From: Vicugna vicugna
Taxonomy: Eukaryota
DNA: 64,000 bases
Assembly (NCBI GenBank): GCA_013265495.1
Contig: MU058718.1
Span: 2,317,779-2,381,778 of the forward strand
Direction of reading: 5' to 3'
Shown here one piece after another: positions 25,333-38,114 of the stretch (positions within the stretch are counted from its first letter, which is position 1; each line of letters begins with the position of its first letter). Both the position numbers and the translations under genes were made by a program. The notes under the pieces were generated by a model. The model had not been told where the DNA came from, did no database searches, and worked only from the letters and a program-made list of their open reading frames with translations.

Positions 25333-25490
25333 GTTCTCCACCTTTACTGCACATTAGAATCACAAGTAGAGCAGAGATTTTGAGAAATACCTGCTAACCG
25401 GGCCCCTTCCCAGACCAATTAAGTTCTGGTGCATTGGTAGGTTTTGAAAGCACCCCAGGTGCTATTATCGTGCAGCTCAGACTGGAACTC
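25333..25490. mobile_element. hAT-Charlie MITE (MER5A-like)
   Basis: CAGTTCTCCACCTTTACTGCACATTAGAATCAC...CCCAGACCAATTAA...AAAGCACCCCAGGTG. Confidence 0.7.
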
Positions 25491-26832
25491 CTGGGCTAGA
25501 GAGAAAAGGTGCGTGTTTATGTATTTGTGTTCAGTGCTCTGCAGTCCTTCACAGCGACCCCAATCCCTCCTTCTCTTAAAACTTGAACACCGTGGGCCTT
25601 TTTCAGTTGTCCAAAATGTATTATTCAGAATGAGAGCAGATGACAGTACTCTGAACACACACCTGATTTAATGGAAAAAAAAATTTTGAGATGTGGGCTG
25701 TATCCTTCGTAGCTTTGATACTTAAAGTGTGGGTGGAGGATGGACACCATCGGCCTGACCTGGGAGCTGGTTAGATGCAGGATGCCAGGCACCCTTTGAC
25801 CAAATCCACACGTTAAGTGTGAGGAGCACTGCCTTGGAGATCTTTTCTACCTCCACAGTTTACAAATGGGGGACAAGAAACAGAGTATGAATGAGTTGAT
25901 GGAACTCCCACCCAGATGCTAGACTCCCCTACTGGGAGCCAAGAGACCATGACTCCTGACTCCTGGATTTGTGACTTTTCCACTACACTATGCTGATCCA
26001 CCATAAAAATAAATTATAGTGGGGTTCTTTCCCTGGGTGAATCTGGATTTTTATCTTCCTTCTGTATCAAGGATGTTTTCCAGGATATGGGACGGAAGAT
26101 GGGGCTTTTAACGATCAACTCATGTTTGAAAAAGGGAGAAAGACTCCTGTGATAAAATGTGCACGTTAAAAGTAGAATTGATCTGGAAAATCTAATTTTA
26201 CCTTGGCCTCAAAGAGAAAACCATTGTTAAACCACTGTAAAATCTTTTTTTTTAAGAAAAAAATGCTTTAAGTACAAAGTCATAAAATGGAATTATTTCT
26301 TTAAACTGTAGTGGTAAAAACAAGTGTTCACAAAGATTGGGTGTCACTCCAATAAAAGTTTCCATTTCAGCTCTGCCTCAAGTCATTTGTTGGTATAAAT
26401 TTTTATCAGGCTATAAATTTTCAATGTGAAGAGATACACTTGTTTATGTCTCTCCATAACTGAAATTACTTCACTCTGCATCACACAATTCTGCCAGTGG
26501 TGGGAAGGCTTCATATCATCACATCAGGGTCACTTGATCAAGCAGTCTCTTTGGATTAAATGCTGAGGCAAAAATCCAAGTTTGCCCCATCACGTGAAGG
26601 ATGAGGATGAGGTTGGGGGTGAGGGTGCTTCTGTAATGTTTGGCACTGGGACAGGGTACAGGCACCACATGTCACGCTTTGTCTAGGTGAATGGCATCAC
26701 CTGGTCTGGTCCTAGCAATACACATAGTGTCTGTTGCGCATGTCTGCAGCTTTGCCAGCTGCCCTCAGGGCCATGTTTCTGCATCTGCTTTATCTCAACT
26801 GTCCTTTCTGCTCTAGGGTCTCCCAAACTTAC

Positions 26833-27066
26833 CTGTAGCTGCCCCTGTGCTTCCCATTCCTGTTTCCGGCAGAGTGCAAGGCACCGGCATTTCTCAGAGA
26901 TCCAATGCGGCTGAGCCCGAGTCTCAGAGTCTAGGAATTTCTCTTGCCTTTCTGTTTGTGAAATGCCTCTCTTTTTGGTGGGAATTGCTCTTACATAATC
27001 ACACATTTCTTCTGCTCCATGGTTCATGGTATAAATTCCATGCTCTAATTTGGCCAGGTTGTGGCT
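26833..27066 (-). CDS. Candidate exon (234 bp, phase 0->0), fully open: SHNLAKLEHGIYTMNHGAEEMCDYVRAIPTKKRG...RKQEWEAQGQLQ
   Basis: Consensus donor CAG|gtaagt at a codon boundary of ORF 26683-27027(-); acceptor cattcttttgaaatattaag|AGCC (weak). Confidence 0.4.
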
Positions 27067-27496
27067 CTTAATATTTCAAAAGAATGTGTATGTGTGTGTT
27101 TTAATTTTAAAAACTCCTTTTCCCCTCAATGCTAGTCTTACAGCTAAATGAGGGTCTCCCTGGGTGCTCAAAAACCAGGTGCTGAAAAGAGTCTTTGTCT
27201 TTCCAGCTGTGTCACCCATACCCTGAGAACCGGGTACAAAGAAAGCCTTCAGTCTGGGTGGGAAAGCAGGACAAGGGCAAAAACCTGGATAATACATTTT
27301 TAAACCAAAACACAATCCTGCCAGACTCCTGTTGACCAAACCATATTTTAAGTCCAGTTTGCTGTCTTTCAATTTCTTGGGCTTCTATTTATGAGAGGCA
27401 GAGAATTCAACTGTGTAAGCATTTTTTGAGTGCTCTGCGCAAGACACTTCATAAGGTCCCACACAGGATGCACAGCCAATCCCTGTCTCAGGTATG

Positions 27497-27985
27497 TGTA
27501 AGTTATCTCTTGCTGCTGTAACATATTGCTACAAACTCAGAAGCTTTAAACAATGCAAATGTATTACCTTAACACGTCTGGAGGTCAGAAGCTCAAATGT
27601 GGTTTCATGGGGCTAAAATCAAGCTGTTGGCGTGCCTGTGTTCTTTCAGGAGGCTCTGGGAGGAAACGCATTTTCTTGCCTTTTGCAGATTCTAGAGGCT
27701 GCCTACAGTCCTTGGCTTGTGGTCCCTTCCTCCACATTCAAAGTCAGCAGGATAGTGTCTCTCCTCTCTGACCTCAGCTTCCATCTTTATGTCTTCGCTC
27801 TCTGACCCTGACCCTCCAGCCTCCCTCTTAATAGGACTCTTGTGATTGAGTACATTGGGCTCCCTGAGATAATCCAGGAAAAACTCCCCAACTCATGATC
27901 CTGAATTTAGTCACATCTGCAAAGTCCCTTGTAGATAGCACATTCACAGGTCCGGGGATTGGGATGTGGGTACCTTTGGGAGGTG
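27497..27985 (-). mobile_element. MaLR solo LTR (MLT1C-like)
   Basis: GCTGCTGTAACATATTGCTACAAACTCAG...GGAGGTCAGAAG...GTCACATCTGCAAAGTCCCT...CATTCACAGGTCCGGGGATTGGGATGTGG. Confidence 0.9.
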
Positions 27986-30104
27986 CCAAGAGGAGAGGAC
28001 AAGGATGAGATACAAATGGCTGAGGAAGTCTCTAAGATACAAGTGTATGTTTTTCTTCCTGTATTTTAATCTTTCTCTTCCTTCATTTAAGTAGGGTGCC
28101 AGTTTCTGACCTGACCTCAGAGGGGGCAGAAAGTAGAAGCTGCTGGCCAGACACTTCCCTTTCTGACTTTTGATTTTTAAAAGCCTAAGTACATTGAGGA
28201 AGTCATGCTGGGAGACCCAGGGAGCGGTGGGGGGAAGCAGGGGACGAGTGAGGGGTGCCCCCAGTCTGGAGGGTGGGTGGGTGGCATTAGGAGAGGGGTG
28301 GGGAGTTCTTGCTCCCTGGAAGTGGCCAGACCTCAGAGAAAGGATTGCATAGCTCTTGGCTGTGCCTGGATTCTAGTGCCCTCAGGCATAGCCCAGAATC
28401 AGCATAGCTGATAACCAGGAGGCCAGGCAGTTGTCCTGGTGACTAAGGTCCAGAGTAACCTCCCTAGGGTCTTAGTCCTGCAGGGGGTCCAAGGATGACT
28501 GAGATTGAAATACACCCCAGCCTGGCAGGATGGGGGCATGGAATCAAAACGAACTGGTTTAAAAAAAAAATAAGGAAATTCAGTATTTCTTGCCCAATCG
28601 TATAAACTGTAAACATAAACATAAAATGAAAAGAGATCACTGCATAAAAGGCATATAAAGAAGAAAGCTAAATTTCTTCATTCCTCCCAGCTGCCTTTAA
28701 GTCTAGAGGGAGATGCAGTCAAATACTTGGGGATTATACTGCAGGACGCAGAGGGGCACCTGATTCTAACTCAGCAAAGACCTTCTGAAAGAACTGACAT
28801 CTAAGCTGACTAGCAGATGTCAGGTCTTAGTGGCTGAAAAAATAGTGACAGAAGAGGGAAAGATGGGAGGAAGAATGCCAGTCCAGGGGTTGAAATTTAG
28901 CCTGTGCTCTGGAAGCCAAGCTGAGTGCCCTGGCCTGGGGATCCACACACCTATTCCCCTGAGCACGGGGAGGCCATCTTTCATGTTTCTCCCTCCTTCA
29001 CCACCTCCTACCGCCAGACTGCAGGGAGTTCTTTATTAACATTCCCTAGGTCTCTGGGGAACCTTCTGGACATCCCAGGATGGGATATGCCCAAGGCCGT
29101 GGAAAGTGTCTGGCGCTCAGAGAAGTTGCCCTCAAGTCTAGGAGTTGATTCATCTGTGTTGAGGTGTGACCTGAAGCTGGAAGGCTCAATGGGCTAAATC
29201 AGGGAGAGAAGGCAGAGATGGAAGAGAAGAGTGGTGAGGAAAACCATGGGTTTGACTGGTGGTTAGTTGAATTTAAAATGTCTCTCCCCAGCATTTTCTT
29301 TTTTAATCAAGTGTTGGTTTAGTTTTCCTGGCCAGTCTCCACATCACGACTTAATATGGCCAAACTAGAATCTTCACAGCAGCAGAGAAACAAATCCCTC
29401 CTGATTACATTGTTTCTATTTGTTCCAGGTTCCAACCGGGGATTCCAGGAACTCATATTTCTCCCAGAAAGGAAAGTGCCTCCTCCCTGCCTCTCACTCC
29501 GTGGGCCTGACTTTCACATGTGTCCTAGTGACAGTGGTGGGAGAGGGGGCACGGGGCTTCCTGGCATGAGCTGCAGGGGCGGGGGTGAGGGAGAAGCCGG
29601 GGAGAAGGAAGCCTCGGTGGAGCTGGTGGGAAGAGAGCAGGAGCAGTGAGGCAAAGGCCCTTGGCTGCCCAGGCCGTGTGGGGGAGGAGCTCCCGCAGCA
29701 GCTGAGGTTCTCAAGGAGAAGCTGGCTCCTGAGATGCTAGGCAGAGCACCTCTGCTTTTCCTACAAGGATTACAAAAATTAATCTATAGTATTAACAATC
29801 TTTTTAAACTTCATTTAATTTCTAACTCTGTCTCCCTTCACCTGTACTGGCAGATAAAAAACATAACATTAGGTCCTCCTGGGTTTCTTGTCTCTTAACC
29901 TCTCTTCAAGTCAATGGTTCAAGGTCTTAAAAAGGGCACTGGAGGTGGGAAGGAGCATGTGGCCCTGGTCTACCCTGGCACCTGGGGAGAGAGATGCTAT
30001 TGGCCTATGCTGGGAGCACAGGAATTGCTGTGTGAGACTGCCTTTTTCTTCCATCAGTTCACACATGTGTGGCCTGTAGGTTGGGTTGAACCAAACACAG
30101 GGAC

Positions 30105-30478
30105 TGCTGTGGACTGAATGTTAATGCCCACTCCCCTCTGCCAATCCACATGTCAGAATCCTAACCCCCAAGGTGATGGTATTTGGAGATGGGGCCTGTG
30201 GAGGGGGGGTGCTTAGGTCATGAGGGTGGAGCCCTCACGAGTGCGATTAGTGCCCTTATAAAAGAGGCCCCAGAGAGCTCCCTCACCCCTTCCACCAGGT
30301 GAGGTTACAGTGAGAAGGCACCATCTGTGAACCAGGAAATAGGCCCTCACCAGACACAATCTCCTGGTGCCTGGATGTTAGACTTCTCAGCTTCCAGAAC
30401 TGTCAGAAATAAATTTGTTTCTTATAAGCCACCCAACCTATGGCATTTTTGTGGTAGCAGCTGAAATGGACTAAGGCA
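30105..30478 (+). mobile_element. MaLR solo LTR (MLT1A-like)
   Basis: TGCTGTGGACTGAATG...CATGAGGGTGGAGCCCTC...GATTAGTGCCCTTATAAAAGAGGCCCCAGAGAG...AAATAAATTTG...GGACTAAGGCA. Confidence 0.92.
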
Positions 30479-30680
30479 GATACTGTTAGTTTGACCTGCA
30501 CAATTAAACTGATTAAAAATTAAGAGTTTGTAACTTAAACTCTGGATTTGAAAAATAAGAAGGCCTTGCCAGGCCCCTACTCCTGCTGGGCAGCTGTCAG
30601 CAGACCCTGAGTAACAGCTGTCCTTCTAAAGGGGCCATTTCACTCCCGGACCACACAGCCCACCACTCCCCACTGGTGTT

Positions 30681-30975
30681 TTCTTTTTAATTTATTTCTT
30701 ATTGAAGTATAGTCGGTTTACAGTGTTGTGTCTTAGTTTCTGGTGTACAGCATAGTGATTCATTTATATATACACATATATATATATATATTTATATATT
30801 CTTTTTCATTATAGGTTATTGAAAGATGTTCAATGTAGTTCCCTGCGCTCTACAGTAGGACCTTGCTGTTTATCTGTTTTATATATAGTAGCTTGTATCT
30901 GCTAATCGCAAGCTCCTAACTTATCCCTCCCTGTCTGCTTTGGTAGCTTCAAGTTTGTTTTCTGTGTCTGTTTTC
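30681..30975 (-). mobile_element. LINE-1 3'UTR end, inserted in a probable hAT DNA-transposon relic (~30485-30680, ~31000-31055)
   Basis: TTATTGAAGTATAGTCGGTTTACAGTGTTGTG...TCTGGTGTACAGCATAGTGATTCA is the reverse of the L1 tail at 400-650. Confidence 0.9.
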
Positions 30976-31489
30976 GTCGTTTCTTTATAACCATTTGTCG
31001 CCCCTCACTGCTGTCACCTACCTGGCCCCTGTAGGCATCTGAGTTGTAACTCCTGGCCTCCAGCTGTTTTCTGGAATCTTACCTATTCTTTCCGCTGTCC
31101 CCTGCCCCACTTGCTAGCCACTGATAACAGTGTGTGGGTTATTTCTGTGCTAGAAACTCAAAAGATCTCTTTCTCCCTCTGATGACCTCCCGCACTCTCC
31201 CTCAGCACCTCAGGCAAGTGGCATCTTTTTCTAGTCTGTAGGAGACTCTGCCTTCCCCCTGCTGCCGAATAAAACATTTTGTTCATGCACATAATAAATT
31301 TCCTTCCCCAAGGGCTTATGCTTTTGGAACATAACAGCCAGAAAGACTGGAAAGGCTATTTTTATTTTTTGTTACATTTCTTGAAGAAATGAAGGACAGA
31401 AACTGCTCAAATAAAGGGGAGGGAATAAGGAGGAAAATGCTACTATAAATCAATTTCTAAAAATATCATATAGACATAATGACTTATTT

Positions 31490-32030
31490 AACAAGATAAT
31501 ACATGCTCACTGTGACGGTTCAAACATAACAAGTAAAACATCAGGAAATGAATGTTCCCACACATCCCACCACCGAAAGATGGCTACTATTCACATATTC
31601 TTTCAGAATTGCTATTTTTGATTTTTTTTTCAGAAATAGGCTTGCACTATTATATTGTTCTAGATCTTGATCTTCTTCACTTAAAAATACATAGCAAACA
31701 CCTTTCCACTGTCAGTCCATACTGATTTATCTAAGTGCTTTTATTTAGCAAGTAGCCCTGTCCATGATTGAACCATTGTTTATTTCTCAAATCCCACAGT
31801 GATAGACCTTCTGTTGTTTTAGATTTTTATTATAACAGATGCAGTGAACATTCTTCTACATAATTCTTTGCACAGCTTGTGTAAGTAAGTCCAGGAAAAG
31901 CGTCTACTGGGTCATGGAGCATGGATATTTTAAATTATGGTAGATAATGCCAATGAGTCCCCCAAATTTACAGTCTCAGTAACACTGAATTAAAATTTTT
32001 GTTTTTTTCCACACCCTTGCCAACATAAAG
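31490..32030 (-). mobile_element. Old LINE-1 3' fragment (L1ME-like)
   Basis: AATACATGCTCACTGT...GCAGTGAACATTCTT...CTGGGTCA...GGTAGATAATGCCAA...CCACACCCTTGCCAACA. Confidence 0.7.
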
Positions 32031-32530
32031 CTTTATGAAATAAAACTGATTCAAATCATCCCTTGCTGTTAAAAATGTGAATAAAATACTTTCCTGCCTT
32101 AGATGAACATAGTAAGTACACTGCCAACAATGGAAACCTTCTTTAATGAGTAAGTTTTCTGATGTGGTTTACTAAGGAGATGCTTAACGGAAAATTATCA
32201 GCAAGAAGAAACAGGGATGGGGAAGCCTAGAGAGATCAAGTCCAGCCAGGGATGTGACAGATGAAGCCAGCCTCAACCCAGGTGATGGGGACCAAGGAGG
32301 TGGGCGATTTGAGAGAAACTGAGGGGAAAGAAGGGCAGAATTCATAGAACTCATCACAATTTGTGATCATTTTATGGACAGTCATCTCTTTATTCAACCA
32401 TAAGCTCTAACATTGTGCCTTCATTGCCCGATATAGGGTAGAGTAAACGTTAATGGATATTTGATGAATGAAATAAAGAAGGAAGAGAAAGAGAGATGGG
32501 GTCGAAGGGAGGGGAGGGATGGAGAGGAGA

Positions 32531-32605
32531 GAGAAGAGAAGAGAAGAGAAGAGAAGAGAAGAGAAGAGAAGAGAAGAGAAGAGAAGAGAAGAGAAGAGAA
32601 GAGAA
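32531..32605. repeat. Perfect (GAGAA)15 pentanucleotide microsatellite
   Basis: 15 uninterrupted units counted; explains the four overlapping low-complexity ORFs at 32407-32712. Confidence 0.98.
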
Positions 32606-34562
32606 GAGGGATGGGGAATAGGACCAAGCCAGCTGCCTGGTGTACACAGCATGGAATGGAATCCCACTGGCAGGTGTCCTAGCTTCTTGATGTGAACAGA
32701 CTTCAAGGTCATTGTCTGTGTTGCTGTTAGGGACTTAATTATCAGACACAGGGAAGAAGTACTACCTTATTTGTAAACCCCACAACTGATCAGTAAGGAT
32801 GCTCTTTGATAATGTCCAGTTGGCCTTGCACTGGTTTAAGGAGAAAAGCTGTCTGAGATGGAACTAAGCCAGGGGTAAAAGCTTTTTAAAGTTCAATAAT
32901 TTAAAAAATATATTTGAAAAATTAAACATCTATAGTAGAATCTTCTATCTAGCTTTCTATTAACAATTTTTTTATAGTCCAGGTAAACGTCTGACTAAAT
33001 TATAGGATAAATATTTATAAGTAAAATTTATGAATAAATAAAGGATGGTCACATCCTCTGCATATGGATACCAAAAAAAACCCTGCAATCTCTGATGGAA
33101 AAAGCCTCTTAAGCTTTTGTTGACTTGATCATGAATCAATCAAATTTACTGAGTTATCGGTTTCAAAGCAGTGGAATTAGGTGGTGTAGGAGGTACAAAT
33201 GAATGTTAAAAATGGTTTATTTACTTCCTGTTTGAAACCTACTTGGAAGACAAAATTTATGAGATTAGAATATGAGAATTTATCATCATTAAGAAAAGAA
33301 ACCTCCTTGATGAGTGTTTCAAAGACATGGAAAAGATGGGGCAACCATGGGCAAGTAGAGAATTCTGGGTGCTGTGTGCTGTGGGCTGTGCGCCGTGCAT
33401 TCTGGAATGATGCTGTATCTGGAATAATGTTTGTCTGCTACTGCTTCCACTGCAAGCCTAAACATAGGACAGAAGGTGGACCATATTATCCAATTACAAT
33501 GGAAAATTGTTTGATTTGCTTGGGCTTATGCATATGGTGAATATTCGGAAATTCTAGATTTGCCGCTTGCAGAACATTTTAACTAGAAGCAGGAAAACGA
33601 ACACAGATTTTGGACTCTGAGCTAGATCACTTTTTTGGACATATGGGTATTTCTGCTTCACCCTGAGAGACTAAGCTGGCAACCTTAGGAAGTTTGCATG
33701 AGAGTAAAGCTGACTTTAAAAGAAATCTGGGGATCTTGAATCTGTGTTCAAAGTTCAGCCAAAATGAAGAAGTAGTTTCATGTCAGCATGAGTTGCCAGT
33801 AATAATGTTATAAAAAATGTTTTCTGGAAGCCAACAGTCTTTTTTCTGTCTGCATGAAATAATTCAAACCATACTTAGTAAACAGAAGTTCTGAATGCAG
33901 TTTAGAACAATGGATCTCCATTGTGTGCCACATACAAATAGAAAGTTAAAGATTAAGAAATTATTCACGCGAAGGTCACTTAGAAGGTTTCCTACAATAA
34001 TAGAATTTGAGTAAACAAGTATTCATTAAGTATTTCTTATGTGGTCAGCTTTATGAAGGGATGGTGGAGGATGGGAAGGGGGACTAACGAAATGCCATAC
34101 CTGGTCCCTGACTTAATGAGCCTTCACTGATTTGGAAGAATAAGCACGAAACACATGAAACTGCTAAGTAACCATATAAAGCAGTGTGAAGTTACGTATT
34201 AGAGTAGTGAAATACTGTAATGATGAGTGGTCATGGAAAGTGAATGTAATGGAGACCGGAGGGGGTTTTCCTGGTCTTGACAGGGTATGGAGAGGGGAAC
34301 CCGACAGAAAGTGCATTCCAGGAGGGGACTAGCAGGAAGCAAGGACGGCATGTAAGGGAGGGAGGAGGGGACCTGTCTAGCAGAATAATCGGGTCAAAGT
34401 GACCAAGTCACTTCCCAGCAGAGGCTTTCCTGCCATACCTGCTTACTGCATCCATCCCTCTTGCTTTACAGCCAGCTCCATCTCTTAGTGCTGCGTGAAC
34501 TGTTTGCCTCTTCTGAATACTGTGTTCCTCCCTCTCTGCCCAGCTTTTTAAAATACTATGTC

Positions 34563-34745
34563 AGGAGTTAGACGGCCTGGGTTGAATCCTGGTTCCACTA
34601 CTTACCAGCTGGGCAAATTATTTCATTTCTTTTTGCCTTAGTTTTCCCATCTTAAAGAGGAGTCAATAATGATTCAATTCATTAATGCATACAGTTTTTA
34701 CAACAGTGACTGGCACATAGTAAGCAAGCAATGAATCTTAACTAA
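34563..34745 (+). mobile_element. MIR SINE
   Basis: GGAGTTAGACGGCCTGGGTTGAATCCTGGTTCCACTACTTACCAGCTG...ACAGTGACTGGCACATAGTAAG. Confidence 0.85.
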
Positions 34746-36559
34746 CGTTAGCTAGTCCTTGAATGGTGTTGCGGATTTATTTCAAAAATTATACTGGTGA
34801 TACGTGAGGATCATCTTTGGAGGTACTAATAATAATCCAGTGTGTGGGCAAGAGAGGCTGGATCAGGGTGATACCCTGGACGTGGTGGCTTAGCTGAGGT
34901 ACCACCCACCGCCACCACAGCCTCTGCCAGAAACAATGTCATCCTTGACACCAGCCCTGTCTGAGCTCCTACACTCCCAGGAAATGCTTCCATTGACGGT
35001 GATAGTTAAAAGTAGAGGAGTGAGGAGGTTGGTTTTATTTATGGACAAAGAAGACACTGAACAGAGATGGGATAAGATGAAAATACCTTCTGAAGATCGT
35101 TTAAGCAACTGATTCTATAGATAGAAAAGGTGAGACTTGGGATTAGGAAACCATGACCATGAAAGTGGAATTTAAGGAGTGGGAAGAGAAAAAAGGAGTC
35201 AAAGAGCAGCAATCAAAGAGAAAGGAAACAGACCAGAGAAGGTGCCCTTATGGAAGCCATGAGAACAGTTTGGAGCAGGAGGATATTTTTATTTGTGAGC
35301 CAACTGAATATTCAGTTCCCACATCAGAATTGGGACTCCTTTGCCTATGGCTGACCAAACATTTCTCTAGCGTTCTGTGACCCTGTCAACGCATTCAGAG
35401 GTTCTTATGGTTTTACTCATTATTGGTAAACTCTCCTTACACACTCACCACTCTTCAAAACTAGAGTTGGCCATTAAATTCAGATGGCCCCAGTTCACGG
35501 AGTTCTCACCTCCACCCATCTTTTCTGCTCCTAGTCTGTTTTTCCTCTTTTTCCAAAGTGGAAGGGCCAATATATAGTTGTGATGATTTTGAAATTACAG
35601 CTGTGCATTTTAAACTCTTTGCATTTATAAATGATGTAGTTCTTCTATGTAATTTGTAGAAATGCCATTTTCTTTCCTTTCTCGACTTCTGCATTTCCAG
35701 TAGAATCGCATGTGTGGTGAACTGATGATGGTGCCCTGAGCAAGTCCCTCTGTCCCAACTTTCTCACTCAGGAAATTACCAATTCGTTTTTAATAAAATA
35801 GCTCAGAATGATCCTGTAAAACCACCCTATTCCAAGGACGTCTAAATTTATTCAAGATTCTCCTTCTTCCTCTCTGATACCATCATGGTTTTGTTTTCTC
35901 TAGCTCTTCTTGCTGCTTGCTAAAGGTAGCCATACCCCACGGCTCCCGCTGTGGCTCAACTCTACTTGCTCACAGTGTTAATCTACCTTAAGAGCTTTAT
36001 GTCTTCTCTCTACTGATATCTTCAAATCTGTATTTCTGTTCTTCTCACCTAAACTCTACTTCTATACCTTTCGTTGCCCCCAGTTGGGTGTGCCACCATC
36101 AGTCCAAGCTGAGCAAGTCCAGACTCAACATGGCACCGTCTACCAGTCCCTGGGACTCTTGTCTGACCTTTCCCTTTCCCCTGCCCTCGTCCCCTTCCAA
36201 CAGGGAGTATCATATTCTGCCCTCTAAAACACTCCTTACTGAACTACAATTCCCTTTGGATTTTATGCTTCTTGAAGGACAAGATTATATCTTGCTCACC
36301 TTTAAATTCATATAATTCTGTATGTTTGAAAATAGACATGAAATAAATATTGGTTTGAATTTAGTAGCTGAGTTGCCGAGAGAGTGTTCCATGCTCAAAT
36401 ATATTTATAAAACCCTCAGTTGAAGTTAATCAGGATTTCTTATTAAGATTGCTGATGGTTATTATTACTAATTCTTAACAGAGGCATTATAGTATGCGAG
36501 TGGGTCCAAACTTCATTGATCACAGTACCAATTGCCTCTCTTTGAACAAAGGTCCTCAA

Positions 36560-37450
36560 AACAAATTATGAAATGTTGTGCTAGGATAACTGATTAACCA
36601 TTCACATACAAAAATAAAATCCACATGGATCAAAATGTGATATATATATAAAATATATACACATACATGTATGGCGGGCATGTCCCAGGGGCTCAACCGA
36701 AGCCTGGAACATGGCCCTTCTCACGCCCCACATCTGTTTTCCTGCATCACACGTATATACATACATATAAAACAACGCAAGAAATTTAAGAAAATATAGG
36801 TGAATATTTCTCAATCTTGGGGTGGGGAAGAATTTTCTAAGCATAACATGCATAGCAGGAACCATGAATATCGGCATATGTTATTACATACATTTAAAAT
36901 TTTTATGTTTCTATATTTTTTTAAATGGTGAAATTAATTCAAACACCAGAAGAGAGAAAATAGTGAATAAAACATTTGCAATGTATGTGACAGATAAAAA
37001 TTGGATATGCTAACTATATTAAAAACCCTTAAAAAATAAGAAAAAGATGAACATCTTCAAAAAATGGGGAAAAGACATATACAAGCAACTCATAAAGGAA
37101 GAAATACCAATGGTCAATAACATTTGGGAAAAAAGTCCCCCAAGCTGTGTATTTAGTTAAATATAAATTAATACAAAAGATTTGAGAGAAAGTGGGGGAA
37201 AAGAGGCATTCTGTTATGATTGTGGATTATGTTATTGATTATGGAGGAGCAAATTTGTATAATTATTTGAAGAGTAATCTGGCAGTATTTATCAAAAGCC
37301 TCTAAAAAGTGTGTATCTCCTTCTACCCAACAACTCTACTTATGGTAAGAAATTATTCGAACAAGTATTCAAAATGAATGTATAAGGGTATTCATCATAA
37401 TAATGTTTCTAATAGTAAAAGACTGGAAAAAGCCTAATTGTCTGGTTCCA
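36560..37450 (+). mobile_element. Old LINE-1 fragment (L1ME-like)
   Basis: TTGTGCTAGGATAACTG...AAATGGGGAAAAGACATATACAAGCAACTCATAAAGGAAGAAATACCAATGGTCAATAA...AGTAATCTGGCAGTATTTATCAAAA. Confidence 0.75.
36672..36749 (+). mobile_element. 78-bp LTR 3'(U5)-end fragment related to the LTR at 38630-39194
   Basis: Aligns by eye to ~39120-39194 (…GCCCCACATCTGTTTTCCTGCATCA vs …GCCCCATTTTTTCCTGTATCA); TG...CA ends; flanks CATGTA/CACGTA. Confidence 0.7.
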
Positions 37451-37851
37451 GCTGGAATTTTATACACCAACATTTAACAGGAGTTTCTCTGGATTGGGGT
37501 TAGAGGTAATTTGATTTTTTTCTTTGCACTTTTTTTGGTATGTTTCCACACTTTCTAGTTTCAGCATGTATTATTTTTTCTTAGAAATAAGAGATTTTCA
37601 GTTTTTTTAAAAATGGGTAATTCACATATAAGGTAATGTGCAAATTTCTGAATGAGAGAGTTTACTAACTTGAATGTCTGACATCATTATTTTCATAGAT
37701 TAGTTCCCTTTTAATTTCCATTTCCAGTTCTTTCCCTTCTCCTAATAAAACACACACAGAGGAAAAAATGTCTTCTGGATGTGGTTTTCTAATTCCGCTA
37801 CCACAAAATCCTCCTTTTCCCTAAATAATCCAGCCCTCCAGTTTGCCTCTA

Positions 37852-38114
37852 CGTGAACTTCCTTTCTTTGAATGTCAAGTTTCTTGGCTCCCTTTCCTCC
37901 AAGTCCCACTCCAGTCCTGAACAGAGCTGGGAAGGAAGCTCCAAAGCAGTCCAGACCCTGCCTATGCGGTCAAGGCCTTTTCTCTCCGAGAAACCGAGAA
38001 ACCTGGAGATTTTTAGTCTCATGTGACAGATGCACTCCAAACTAAAGGGCCAAATCTTGCTTAACTGGTCGCACCTTTTCCATGCAAATCTCCTCTCAGC
38101 CTGAGGATCTGCCC
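37852..38114 (-). CDS. Candidate exon (phase-1 start; 3' boundary uncertain), open: (G)ADPQAERRFAWKRCDQLSKIWPFSLEC...
   Basis: Acceptor ttcatccttactccactcccag|GGGC inside 139-aa ORF 37849-38268(-); several possible donors (e.g. AAG|gtgcga, CAG|gtttct). Confidence 0.3.

Noticed and set aside
32407..32712. Four overlapping ORFs with (LLFSS)n / (EKRRE)n repeats
   Set aside because: Artefact of the stop-free (GAGAA)n microsatellite.
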